DNA of 35,973 nucleotides from Dehalococcoidales bacterium (GTDB taxonomy: Bacteria > Chloroflexota > Dehalococcoidia > Dehalococcoidales > RBG-16-60-22). The notes under the pieces were generated by a model, which made no database searches, was not told where the DNA came from, and was given only the letters and a program-made list of their open reading frames with translations. The stretch covers positions 1 to 35,973 of the forward strand of contig DATLAD010000057.1 of the NCBI GenBank assembly GCA_035527575.1, read 5' to 3'. The translations under genes were made by a program, and so were the position numbers. This document shows, piece after piece, positions 1 to 8,351 of the stretch; within the stretch, counting starts at the first letter, position 1, and every line of letters begins with the position of its first letter.

Positions 1-227
1 GCGCCGAACGTAGCCGGCGTGCCGGTAAGCGGGCCGGTGAGCACGCCAAACGTATTATCCGGCCCCAGGGGGTCGACGCCGCCCTTCTGGCGACTGTAAA
101 GAATCCGGGCACCGATACCATAACCGCCGATGAAATCCTTACAAAGAGCTGCATCAAGCGGCTCGTCTTCCAATTTACCGGTGGAAAGGTCCACGAACAA
201 CAATTTTCCCATGTAGCCTCTAGCCAT
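1..227 (-). CDS. aor: aldehyde:ferredoxin oxidoreductase (AOR family), N-terminal fragment; gene continues past the window start
   Basis: Reverse-strand translation from the ATG at 227 reads MARGYMGKLLFVDLSTGKLEDEPLDAALCKDFIGGYGIGARILYSRQKGGVDPLGPDNTFGVLTGPLTGTPATFG. This is the characteristic opening of the AOR N-terminal domain (GKLL-VDLS-G, GGYG-G-ILY, GPLTGT). AGGAG lies 6 nt upstream of the ATG. It is absent from the ORF track because it is truncated. Confidence 0.7.
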   Translation of the reverse strand, partial: MARGYMGKLLFVDLSTGKLEDEPLDAALCKDFIGGYGIGARILYSRQKGGVDPLGPDNTFGVLTGPLTGTPATFG

Positions 228-361
228 CAATTGCTCCTTTTCACTCTATTATACCGCCATTATAACCGTGGCTTAATTTCGGGGTCAAATTACGATTCTA
301 TAGTGTTTAGCAATAAGCCGGTTTCATTCCAGCGAAGGCTGGAATCCAGAATCCCCGCTCT

Positions 362-386
362 GTCATTCTGAGCGAAGCGAAGAATC
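362..386 (+). repeat. REP-like palindromic intergenic motif GTCATTCTGAGCGAAGCGAAGAATC
   Basis: Lies in the AOR/NTF2 divergent intergenic region. ATTCT and AGAAT arms flank a GAGCGAAGCGA core. A perfect hairpin ATTCCAGC-GAAG-GCTGGAAT sits just upstream at 326..345. An inverted relative occurs at 1001..1038. Confidence 0.35.
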
Positions 387-550
387 TCGGCGGGAGTGGC
401 GGACCGGATTCCCGGGTCAAGGCCTAGAATGACATTATTAACAATATTTCCAGATTTGATGATTAGCGTTAAAAGTATTAATATAGCAGGAAACGCTTTC
501 CGCAAGGCGGGTTTTCCCCGCAGAAATAAAGTAATAACTGGAGGTATGCA

Positions 551-982
551 ATGAATAGAAAGCAATACCTGGAATACATCGACCATTTCAACAACAAGAG
601 GTATGATAAGGTCACCGGCTACTTCGCGCCGGACATCACGGTGGAGTACCCCGACAACTTTGCCGGGCCGCAGATACCCGCCCGTACCCTGCACGGGCCC
701 GCAGAGTTTGCGGCCAGCTATAAGGCCCTACACGCTCACACCAGAGAAGTCCTGGAGCTTGGCGACTTCCTGGCGGAGGGAGACCTGGTATTCGTCGAGC
801 TCTACACGGAATTCCATACCTACAAAGATCCCCCGGCATCCGCCGGCCGCCAGTGGAAGAAGGGCGACATCACCATCATGACCAACTGGGTGGTATACAA
901 CCTCGATAAAAACGGCAAGATGAAACGCATCCGCATCGCTCATTTCCGAAACCACGACCCCAAGACGGCCAAGTATAAATAA
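551..982 (+). CDS. NTF2/SnoaL-like fold protein (ketosteroid-isomerase-like), function unknown
   Basis: 143 aa ORF with GGAGG 5 nt upstream of the ATG. The opening KQYLEYIDHFNNKRYDKVTGYFAPDI and the size are typical of SnoaL-like polyketide cyclase/NTF2 superfamily proteins. Confidence 0.6.
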   Translation: MNRKQYLEYIDHFNNKRYDKVTGYFAPDITVEYPDNFAGPQIPARTLHGPAEFAASYKALHAHTREVLELGDFLAEGDLVFVELYTEFHTYKDPPASAGRQWKKGDITIMTNWVVYNLDKNGKMKRIRIAHFRNHDPKTAKYK

Positions 983-1000
983 TTAACGGGTATCGAGCCG

Positions 1001-1038
1001 GATTGCTACGTCCCGATTGCATCGGGACTCGCAATGAC
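1001..1038 (-). repeat. REP-like motif (inverted copy) forming a nested hairpin; possible terminator for 551..982
   Basis: On the minus strand it reads GTCATTGCGAGTCCCGATGCAATCGGGACGTAGCAATC. It has the same GTCATT..GAG / AG.AATC ends as 362..386. It forms an inner perfect 8-bp stem GTCCCGAT/ATCGGGAC (loop TGC) and an outer stem ATTGC/GCAAT. There is no T-run. Confidence 0.35.
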
Positions 1039-1142
1039 AGAGTACGCGGCTTTTGTAACATCCCGCGTTACGCTGGTATAATCCAAAAGACGGCCTTTCA
1101 GGGTCGGAATAAGAGTCTCATCTAGAAAAGGACACGATATTA

Positions 1143-2483
1143 ATGACGGAAAAGAAATGGGAAGATATGACGCCTCAGGAGAAAAGGGAGCAGCGGTTTA
1201 AATGGTGGCTCGATGCGGAAGGCGTGAAGTTCGTTAATGCCGATGCCGCCAAAGCCTACAGGACGAGAGTACAGAGGATGATTGACGTCTATAACGTCAA
1301 AGAGCCGGACAGGGTGCCCGTTTCACTACCGGTCGGCGCGCTGCCGGCTTATCTTTACGGCACCGATTACTATACCTGTATGTACGACTACGAAATAGCG
1401 GCCAAGGCCTGGGATAAATTCAACCGGGAATTTAAGGACGCCGACACCATGTTCACTCCCGCCATGGTGCTCCCCGGAAAGGTCTACGACCTGCTCGATT
1501 ACAAGCTGTACAAGTGGCCGGGGCACGGGCTCTCCAGGAACGCCGAGGGAATCCAGTTCGTCGAAGGCGAGTACATGAAGGCGGACGAATACGATGCCCT
1601 TATCAAGAACCCGTCCGACTTCTGGATGAGGGTCTACATGCCCCGCATCTTCGGGGCGTTCGAGTCATGGAAAATGCTGCTGCCGTGGACGAACATCATC
1701 GAGTTGCCGTCCATGCACTTCGGGCCGTTTATGATGCCGCAGGTGCAGGCCTCCATGCAGACGCTTATCGATATCGGCAACGAGCTTGCCAGATATATGA
1801 AAGTTATCGGCGAGTTCGGCCGTAAGACACTGGAAGCCGGATACCCCGGCATGAGAGGCACCTTCGCCAAAGCTCCCTTCGACGTCATCGGGGACACGCT
1901 GAGGGGCACCCAAGGAATATTCTTCGACGTGTTCCGCCAGCCGGACAAGCTTCTCGAAGGCATCGAAGTGATAACCACGCTGATGATAGACTCGGTGATA
2001 GCTTCGGTCAACGCCTCCCGGGGACAGATGGCGATGTTCCCCCTGCACAAAGGCGCCGACGGCTGGATGTCCGAAAAGCAGTTCGATACGTTTTACTGGC
2101 CTTCTCTTAAAAAGGTTATCGATGCCCTGATTGACGAGGGCATCCTGGTAACCCTTTTCGCCGAGGGGAGCTACAATACGCGCCTGGAAAGCGTCAACGA
2201 GTTCCCGAAGGGCGCCGTCCACTGGCTGTTCGACAAGACGGACATGGCCAGGGCCAAGAAAGTCCTCGGCGACAGGTGCTGTATTTCCGGCAACGTTCCC
2301 ACGTCCCTGTTGATTACCGGCACGCCGCAGCAGGTCAAGGAATACTGCCGCAATCTCATCGAGGTCTGCGGCAAAGGCGGCGGCTATATCCTGGCCGGAG
2401 GGGCGCAGGTCGATAACGGGAAACCGGAGAACTTCCGCGCCATGCTGGAAGCCGCCAGGGATTACGGGGTGTATAATAAGTAG
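1143..2483 (+). CDS. uroporphyrinogen decarboxylase (URO-D) family protein, likely non-heme role (methyltransferase-like)
   Basis: 446 aa ORF. The N-terminal MTPQEKREQRF...EPDRVPVSL pattern and the overall length resemble the URO-D/MtaA-like family proteins common in anaerobes. Assignment is by recognition only. Confidence 0.45.
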   Translation: MTEKKWEDMTPQEKREQRFKWWLDAEGVKFVNADAAKAYRTRVQRMIDVYNVKEPDRVPVSLPVGALPAYLYGTDYYTCMYDYEIAAKAWDKFNREFKDADTMFTPAMVLPGKVYDLLDYKLYKWPGHGLSRNAEGIQFVEGEYMKADEYDALIKNPSDFWMRVYMPRIFGAFESWKMLLPWTNIIELPSMHFGPFMMPQVQASMQTLIDIGNELARYMKVIGEFGRKTLEAGYPGMRGTFAKAPFDVIGDTLRGTQGIFFDVFRQPDKLLEGIEVITTLMIDSVIASVNASRGQMAMFPLHKGADGWMSEKQFDTFYWPSLKKVIDALIDEGILVTLFAEGSYNTRLESVNEFPKGAVHWLFDKTDMARAKKVLGDRCCISGNVPTSLLITGTPQQVKEYCRNLIEVCGKGGGYILAGGAQVDNGKPENFRAMLEAARDYGVYNK

Positions 2484-2546
2484 ACGATATCCAGGAGAGC
2501 CTTCTTACGACAGGGCTTCCGAAGAAAAATAAGGAGTGAGTGAGCC

Positions 2547-4112
2547 ATGGCTTTAGCGAAGGACATTTACCGGGCATTCGAGGACGTGGTGGGGCCGGAG
2601 AATATCGCCGAAGACCCGGCGGTGCTGGACTCATACGCCTGGCGCTCCGGTCTGGTGGCCAAGACCGATAAGTTCGTACCCCGCTTCGAAGCCGTTACCC
2701 TGCCCAGGGACACGGCGGAAGTCCAGGCGATAGTCAGGTTATGCAATAAATACAGGCTACAGTTCAAGGCTTCGAGCACGGGCTGGGGGCCTTACTGCGA
2801 CCCCGCCGGGCCGGGAGTAATCAAGCTGGACCTGCGCCGGATGAACCGCATCATCGAGATTAACGAAAAGAACATGTACGCGGTGGTAGAGCCCTACGTG
2901 ATTTACGCCCAGCTGCAGGCGGAACTGATGAAAAGGGGCCTGAACACCAATATCACCGGCGCCGGCAGCAACTGCTCGGCGCTGCCTTTAGCCGCCCATT
3001 CCAACCTGGGGCACCTCAGCGTCAGCGGCAGCTACGGTGAGCGAAACCAGCTGGCCCTGGAGTGGGTTACCCCGGACGGAGAAATCGTCAGGACGGGCTC
3101 GCTGGCAACTCTGGACGAGTGGTTCTGCGGCGACGGGCCGGGGCCTTCCCTGCGGGGCGTCATCAGGGGCAACACCGTGCCGCTGGGAGGACTGGGAGTG
3201 TATACCAGGGCTGCCCAGAAAATATATCACTGGCCGGGTCCGGCGACGTTCCCGGTTGAAGGTGTATCACCACACTATAAACCGAGCTGCGTACCGCCGG
3301 GCTTTATGATACGTTACCTATCATTCCCGTCGCAGGAGAAACTAAGGGAAGCGGCAAGGCGGGTCGGGGAGAGTGAAATCGCCTTTACTTTAATGGGCTT
3401 CAACACGGCCATGATGGCATCGAATATAGCGACGAACAACGACGAAGACGCCGAATACCTCAGGCTATATACCGACCTGGTACAGGGGCCGGGCTTCATG
3501 ATTATCATCGCCGGCAATTCTCCGGGCGACTTCGCCTACAAGAAAAAGGTGCTGGAGAAAATCGCGTCGGAAACGAACGGGAAGGCGCTGGAGCCGGTGG
3601 AAGACCCCGAAAATGCCGGCGGCTTCATCTGGAGGTTCATCAGGGTCACCGGCTCGATAAGGGAGACCTGCCGTGCGACGGGGGTATTCGGGGGAGAGGT
3701 GGGCGGCACCGATGTCTTCAACCTCATGAGCAAGTTCATCGAGCAGGGCTCTAAAGTCAAGGAAGGATTCATACAGAAGGGCCTGCTCTTCGCCGACGGC
3801 ACCGACCCCTTCGTGCAGTTGATAGAGCACGGGCATTGCGGGCATGGCGAACTGCTCATCCGCTACGTGCCGAGCAATCCCGCCGCGGTACAGGCCAGCT
3901 TCGAGGTGTTCATGGCGGCCAACCGGACCGCTGTCGAGGGTCATTACGGCGTGCCTCACCACGTCTGGAGCGACGCCATCTGCGACATGTACACCCCGGA
4001 TACATCCAACTACACGAAATGGCTGAGAAATATCAAAAAAACTTTCGACCCCCAAAGCGTATCCGAAGCCAGCCACTATGTAACCCCCGAGAAGCAGTCG
4101 GACCAGCCTTAA
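2547..4112 (+). CDS. FAD-binding (PCMH-type, FAD_binding_4) oxidoreductase
   Basis: 521 aa with AAGGAG upstream. The N-terminus (VVGPENIAEDPAVLDSY ... VTLPRDTAEVQAIVRLCNKYRLQFKASSTGWG) matches the FAD-linked oxidase N-terminal domain pattern. Confidence 0.65.
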   Translation: MALAKDIYRAFEDVVGPENIAEDPAVLDSYAWRSGLVAKTDKFVPRFEAVTLPRDTAEVQAIVRLCNKYRLQFKASSTGWGPYCDPAGPGVIKLDLRRMNRIIEINEKNMYAVVEPYVIYAQLQAELMKRGLNTNITGAGSNCSALPLAAHSNLGHLSVSGSYGERNQLALEWVTPDGEIVRTGSLATLDEWFCGDGPGPSLRGVIRGNTVPLGGLGVYTRAAQKIYHWPGPATFPVEGVSPHYKPSCVPPGFMIRYLSFPSQEKLREAARRVGESEIAFTLMGFNTAMMASNIATNNDEDAEYLRLYTDLVQGPGFMIIIAGNSPGDFAYKKKVLEKIASETNGKALEPVEDPENAGGFIWRFIRVTGSIRETCRATGVFGGEVGGTDVFNLMSKFIEQGSKVKEGFIQKGLLFADGTDPFVQLIEHGHCGHGELLIRYVPSNPAAVQASFEVFMAANRTAVEGHYGVPHHVWSDAICDMYTPDTSNYTKWLRNIKKTFDPQSVSEASHYVTPEKQSDQP

Positions 4113-4132
4113 AGAAACGAGGACAACCTGCC

Positions 4133-5806
4133 ATGGAAGAATACGGCAATATCAAAGCTCTCATCGATGTTATGAACGCCAACGGCGTCGAATACGTTTT
4201 TTTCAACCCTGGGATTGACAACGTCCCCGTGCTGGAAACGATATCGAAATATAATGCGGAGGGCAAGAAATCACCTAAAGGCATACTCTGCCTCGACGAA
4301 TTCGTGGCGATGACGGCCGCCCACGGCAACTACATGGCATCGGGGCGACCGCAGGTGGTATCGGTGCACTCGGAGCTGGGGACCTTACAGATAGGCGGCG
4401 CCCTGCACAACGCCCAGTGGGGAAGGGTGCCGGTGGTGTTTTTCACGGAGACGCTGGGTCCGCCCCAGCGCGTTAACTGGCGGGGCGAGACCTTCGACCA
4501 GGGGACGATGGTGCGCAACTTCGTCAAGTGGGACCACCAGCTCAGCGCGGATGAAGATTTCTCCGGCGCGCTTAATAAAGCTTTCGGAATCGCCACGACC
4601 GAGCCGTGCGGGCCGGTATACCTGACCCTGCCGAGGCAAGTCCTCTGGAACAAAGGCGATACCCCCAGAATATCCCCGTCTAAAACTGTCAAAGAAACAA
4701 CGCCGAAGGCCGATGCCGGCGCCCTGGAGAAAGCGGCGGAGATACTGATTAACGCCGAAAACCCGCTGATAGTAACCGGATACGCCGGTAGAAACCTTGA
4801 GTCCGTAGCGTTGCTGGTAAAGCTGGCGGAGACACTGAGCGCGCGGGTGCTCGCCTCCGATATCAGGGTGAACTTCCCCAACATGCACCCGCTGGCGGCG
4901 TACATGGCCCCGGGCGGCGGCTTCGGGAATCCCATACTGACTACCGCCGATGTTATCCTGGCCATAGATTATGATATGCATTACGCGGCGCCGCCCACCG
5001 TACCCCGACCGGACGCTAAAATTATACACATCGATATCGACACGGCGAAAAAGGGCGTTCCATTGTGGGGCAAGGAGCCCGATATCCTCATCAAGGCCGA
5101 TTCCGGCCAGGCGATAACGGCCATTACGGAAATAATAGATAAGAAATTAACGGCGGGAAGAAAGCAATATTTACGGAAGCGCTTCGAGAAATACGAAGCG
5201 GAACATAAAAAGTTATCCGGCGAGTGGCAGGCGCTGGCGATGAGTCACGCCGACCGCAGGCCGATTTCCGCCCACTGGCTCAGTCGCTGCATAGATGAAG
5301 TCATCGATGATGACACCATTATCGTGAACCAGACTATTTCGCCTTCGGCAATCGTGGCGCACCTGGTCCACCGCAGCAAGCCGGGTACACTGCTTTCCTG
5401 CGCCGGCGGCTGCATAGGCTGGGCGCCGGGGGCGGCGCTGGGTGTAAAGCTGGCGTCGCCGGACAAGACCGTCATCAGCCTGATGGGCGATGGAGCTTTC
5501 ATCTACGGCTGTCCGGAAGCATCGCTGTGGTCGGCCGGTTTTTATAAAGCCCCGTACCTGGCCATTATCTTCGATAACCGTGGCTACGGCGCCATCAAGG
5601 GGCTGTTCAGAGAAAGGTACGACGTTGACAACATGGGCGCGGATATCTCCACCCCGCCCGACTACGCCGGTATTGCTCAAGCCTGTAACGCCTACGGACA
5701 CACCGTGGAAGACCCCGCCGATGTTGTCCCGGCCCTGAAAGAAGCCATTCAACAGGTGCAAAGCGGACGACCCGCCGTACTTGACGTCAGGATTGACCCG
5801 GTATGA
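4133..5806 (+). CDS. thiamine-diphosphate-dependent enzyme (acetolactate synthase large subunit-like)
   Basis: The ORF track frame opens at 3836, but that part overlaps the upstream CDS. An internal ATG at 4133 (GAGGA upstream) gives MEEYGNIKALIDVMNANGVEYVFFNPG, a typical ThDP-enzyme N-terminus. The C-terminal ThDP-binding motif is GDGAF-x-...-NRGYG (LMGDGAFIYG...IFDNRGYGAI). Confidence 0.75.
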   Translation: MEEYGNIKALIDVMNANGVEYVFFNPGIDNVPVLETISKYNAEGKKSPKGILCLDEFVAMTAAHGNYMASGRPQVVSVHSELGTLQIGGALHNAQWGRVPVVFFTETLGPPQRVNWRGETFDQGTMVRNFVKWDHQLSADEDFSGALNKAFGIATTEPCGPVYLTLPRQVLWNKGDTPRISPSKTVKETTPKADAGALEKAAEILINAENPLIVTGYAGRNLESVALLVKLAETLSARVLASDIRVNFPNMHPLAAYMAPGGGFGNPILTTADVILAIDYDMHYAAPPTVPRPDAKIIHIDIDTAKKGVPLWGKEPDILIKADSGQAITAITEIIDKKLTAGRKQYLRKRFEKYEAEHKKLSGEWQALAMSHADRRPISAHWLSRCIDEVIDDDTIIVNQTISPSAIVAHLVHRSKPGTLLSCAGGCIGWAPGAALGVKLASPDKTVISLMGDGAFIYGCPEASLWSAGFYKAPYLAIIFDNRGYGAIKGLFRERYDVDNMGADISTPPDYAGIAQACNAYGHTVEDPADVVPALKEAIQQVQSGRPAVLDVRIDPV

Positions 5807-5809
5807 GAA

Positions 5810-7366
5810 TTATATCGGCCTGGTGAACCTCATATCGAAAGCGTCCCAGGCTCGGCGTTCATCATCGTAGGGCGCCGCTTCCACGCGGCATTCCCTGTCC
5901 AGCAGCATCGTCATACGGTTTTTCCCGTAAACAGGCCACTTGCCGATGCTCTCGCAGGAGGGGTCGCCGGTGCGGGCAAAGGCCAGCCAGGCATTCTGGA
6001 TACGCCGCGAAATCTTTTCGACGACCGGACCGGTACCGCAGGCAGGGTCGTCATAAGTGCCGAAGATAAAACGCCGGTCCAGTCCGTGACAGGCGCCGTG
6101 AATTCCGCCTTCCAGGGGTGACTCATAGGTGAAGAGATAGTTGTAGGCAGGCTGGCCGTTATCACGCTGGGCTTCGACAAGCTGGATGGTCGGCATGCGG
6201 AACATCAGGTCGGTTTGTACGGCAGCCAGAATCTCAAAAGATCCGGTAGCCACGCCGCGCTTCCGGCGGGCCTCCCGGTAAGCCTTTATCAGTCCCGGCA
6301 CGCGCTCGGAAGGCAAGTAATTCTCAAGGCGCGCGAGCAGGCCTGCCTCGTCCAGGTCCCTTATTCCGGGTTCCCCAACGCTGAGACCCTTCCACTCCTC
6401 GAGAACCGTGCCCGCCATGGTTATGACGTTTTTTGCCGAACCTTTTCTAATTGCCTCTATGGGCAGTCCGGGAATTGCTTCGCCATCCACGACCGGCTGA
6501 AACGGCGTGATAACATGCTCGGCCTCACGAAGCCTCATTCCCAGACGCAGTTGTCCGGAGAGCAGTTCCCGGTACGTTAGCGCCCGCAATGGGCCGATGT
6601 CCCGGCCGCTCAAACCTAATATTTTAAGGTACTCTCCCGATATTTTTACGGCTTTATCCAGCGGACCGACCGTGTTGGCGGCACCGCTCTGGTTGATAGC
6701 CTTGTGGAACCGGCCGCGCGCCGCCGGCATACCCATTAAGCAACCGATACTCATCCCGCCGGCGGAAAAACCGAAGGCGGTAATGTTATCCGGGTCGCCG
6801 CCGAAGGCTTTAATGTTGTCATGCACCCATTCCAGAGCGGCAACCTGGTCCAGCAGGCCTTCGTTTCCGGTGGCCGGTATTCTGCCGCCGGTAATCTCTT
6901 TCAGGTTCATAAAGCCCAGCGCTCCCATCCGGTAGTTGATGCTGACGACGACCACATCACCGTTCGCCGCCAGATTGCCGCCGTGTGAACTCGGTTCCGT
7001 GCCGGACCCTATTATAAAAGCGCCGCCGTGTATCCAGAACATCACCGGCCGGCGGGCATCGTCCAGGCCAGTTGTCCAGATATTCAGGAAAAGGCAGCTT
7101 TCATCCTGAGTGCCTACATCCGTGTCAGCCCCGGGAGGAGAAATCGGCATGGGATTCTGAGGGGCGGCCGTGCCGTATTTTTTGGCCGGGCGCACGCCTT
7201 GCCATGGCTTGACCGTCTGAGGGGGAAGCCAGCGCAACTCTCCGACCGGCGGCGCAGCGAAGGGAATCCCTTTGAACACGTAAATCCCGTCCTGATAACT
7301 CCCCTCCACCTTCCCGGCTCTGGTGTTGGCTACGGCTTGCTTTTCGTTACTCATCTTTTCCTCCAT
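5810..7366 (-). CDS. type-B carboxylesterase / para-nitrobenzyl-esterase-like lipase
   Basis: 518 aa. It has the FKGIPFAAPPVGELRW opening, the oxyanion region WIHGGAF, the nucleophile elbow GFSAGG (Phe where GESAG normally has Glu) and the C-terminal catalytic His context HGACHGLD. A GGAGG precedes the second Met, so the true start may be 7354 (MSNEKQ). Confidence 0.8.
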   Translation of the reverse strand: MEEKMSNEKQAVANTRAGKVEGSYQDGIYVFKGIPFAAPPVGELRWLPPQTVKPWQGVRPAKKYGTAAPQNPMPISPPGADTDVGTQDESCLFLNIWTTGLDDARRPVMFWIHGGAFIIGSGTEPSSHGGNLAANGDVVVVSINYRMGALGFMNLKEITGGRIPATGNEGLLDQVAALEWVHDNIKAFGGDPDNITAFGFSAGGMSIGCLMGMPAARGRFHKAINQSGAANTVGPLDKAVKISGEYLKILGLSGRDIGPLRALTYRELLSGQLRLGMRLREAEHVITPFQPVVDGEAIPGLPIEAIRKGSAKNVITMAGTVLEEWKGLSVGEPGIRDLDEAGLLARLENYLPSERVPGLIKAYREARRKRGVATGSFEILAAVQTDLMFRMPTIQLVEAQRDNGQPAYNYLFTYESPLEGGIHGACHGLDRRFIFGTYDDPACGTGPVVEKISRRIQNAWLAFARTGDPSCESIGKWPVYGKNRMTMLLDRECRVEAAPYDDERRAWDAFDMRFTRPI

Positions 7367-7469
7367 ATATTTAGAACGGTCTCATTATAGCATTCCGCGA
7401 TATCCTTTCAAACTTCGAGAAGATTGTTTTTGGCGGTGTATCGGGACTAAATAAAATATCGAATTATAT

Positions 7470-7485
7470 TGTAACTTAAGTTACA
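7470..7485. promoter_or_regulatory. perfect 16-bp palindrome TGTAACTTAAGTTACA, candidate operator
   Basis: Read directly from a very AT-rich 258-bp divergent intergenic region between the esterase (-) and the molybdoenzyme operon (+). Confidence 0.35.
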
Positions 7486-7576
7486 TTGTGATTTACGTTA
7501 TACATATATTTATAATATGGTTATAACTCTATTGCACATTATTTATATAATATCTCTACGTTTTCGTTATATAATG

Positions 7577-7605
7577 TTGACTTATACTGCGCAATATGAT
7601 ATTCT
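7577..7605 (+). promoter_or_regulatory. candidate sigma70 promoter for the molybdoenzyme operon
   Basis: TTGACT (7577-7582), a 17-nt spacer ending in TGA (extended -10 TG), then TATTCT (7600-7605). AGAGG RBS at 7611 and ATG at 7625. Confidence 0.3.
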
Positions 7606-7624
7606 ATATTAGAGGTATATTCAA

Positions 7625-8350
7625 ATGAGATGGGGAATGGTCGTAGATTTAACCGGGTGCGTAAGGTGCTACGCCTGCCTGGCCGCCTGCCGTATCGAGC
7701 ACTTTCTGCCCATGGGCATGTCCTGGCCGAGGCTCGTGGCCATGGAGACGGGCGGGGACAGCCCTGCCGTATCGACCTACTCGGTGAGATGCAACCAGTG
7801 CCAGGACGCGCCGTGCGTCGAGGTATGCCCTACCGGCGCCACCTGCCAGCGCGAAGACGGCATTATAACGATTGACCAGGACAAGTGCGTCGGCTGCCGT
7901 TACTGCGTCATTGCCTGCCCCTACCAGAACCGGACGTTCCTCTCCAAAGACAAGAACAAGGGCTTTTTCCCCGGCAGAACCACGACCGACTTCGAGAAAG
8001 CCGGTAAATCACTGTACAGACATCAAATCGGGACGACGGAGAAGTGCAACTTCTGCGCCGAGAGGATTGACGCGGGATTAGCCACAGGCCTGCAGCCGGG
8101 TATCGACCGGGCGGCTACGCCCGCCTGCGTGAACACCTGCCCCGCCGGGGCGCTGACCTTCGGAGACCTTGACGACCCCGACAGCGAGGTTTCCCGGCTG
8201 ATAAAGGAAAAAGGAGGCTTCCAGCTGCACCCGGAATACGATACCAATCCTTCCGTGTACTTCATCGACGGCAAAATAGGGTATTCCGACATAACAGAAA
8301 CCGGGGTCGAATCAAAGCAGGAGCCGGCCCGAACGGGAGCGGAGAGATAA
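7625..8350 (+). CDS. 4Fe-4S ferredoxin-type electron-transfer subunit of a molybdopterin oxidoreductase (DmsB/PsrB/NrfC-like)
   Basis: 241 aa. Four Cys clusters are present (CVRCYACLAAC, CNQCQDAPCVEVC, CVGCRYCVIAC, CNFC...CVNTC). The MRWGMVVDLTGC opening is typical of the family. No twin-arginine motif. Confidence 0.85.
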   Translation: MRWGMVVDLTGCVRCYACLAACRIEHFLPMGMSWPRLVAMETGGDSPAVSTYSVRCNQCQDAPCVEVCPTGATCQREDGIITIDQDKCVGCRYCVIACPYQNRTFLSKDKNKGFFPGRTTTDFEKAGKSLYRHQIGTTEKCNFCAERIDAGLATGLQPGIDRAATPACVNTCPAGALTFGDLDDPDSEVSRLIKEKGGFQLHPEYDTNPSVYFIDGKIGYSDITETGVESKQEPARTGAER

Positions 8351-8351
8351 A

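Noticed and set aside
290-694. 134 aa minus-strand ORF.
   Set aside because: It runs through the REP-like hairpins and overlaps the start of the well-initiated NTF2-like gene. Its translation is the typical spurious repeat-derived peptide.
3836-4132. N-terminal 99-codon extension of the ThDP-enzyme ORF.
   Set aside because: It overlaps the 3-prime end of the FAD-oxidase CDS in another frame and is Arg/Pro-rich nonsense. The canonical ThDP-enzyme N-terminus starts at the ATG at 4133, which has an RBS.
5810-7366. The GFSAGG nucleophile elbow might indicate an inactive esterase.
   Set aside because: The Ser, the oxyanion HGGAF region and the C-terminal His context are intact. Only the Glu preceding the Ser is replaced by Phe, which is insufficient to call it inactive.
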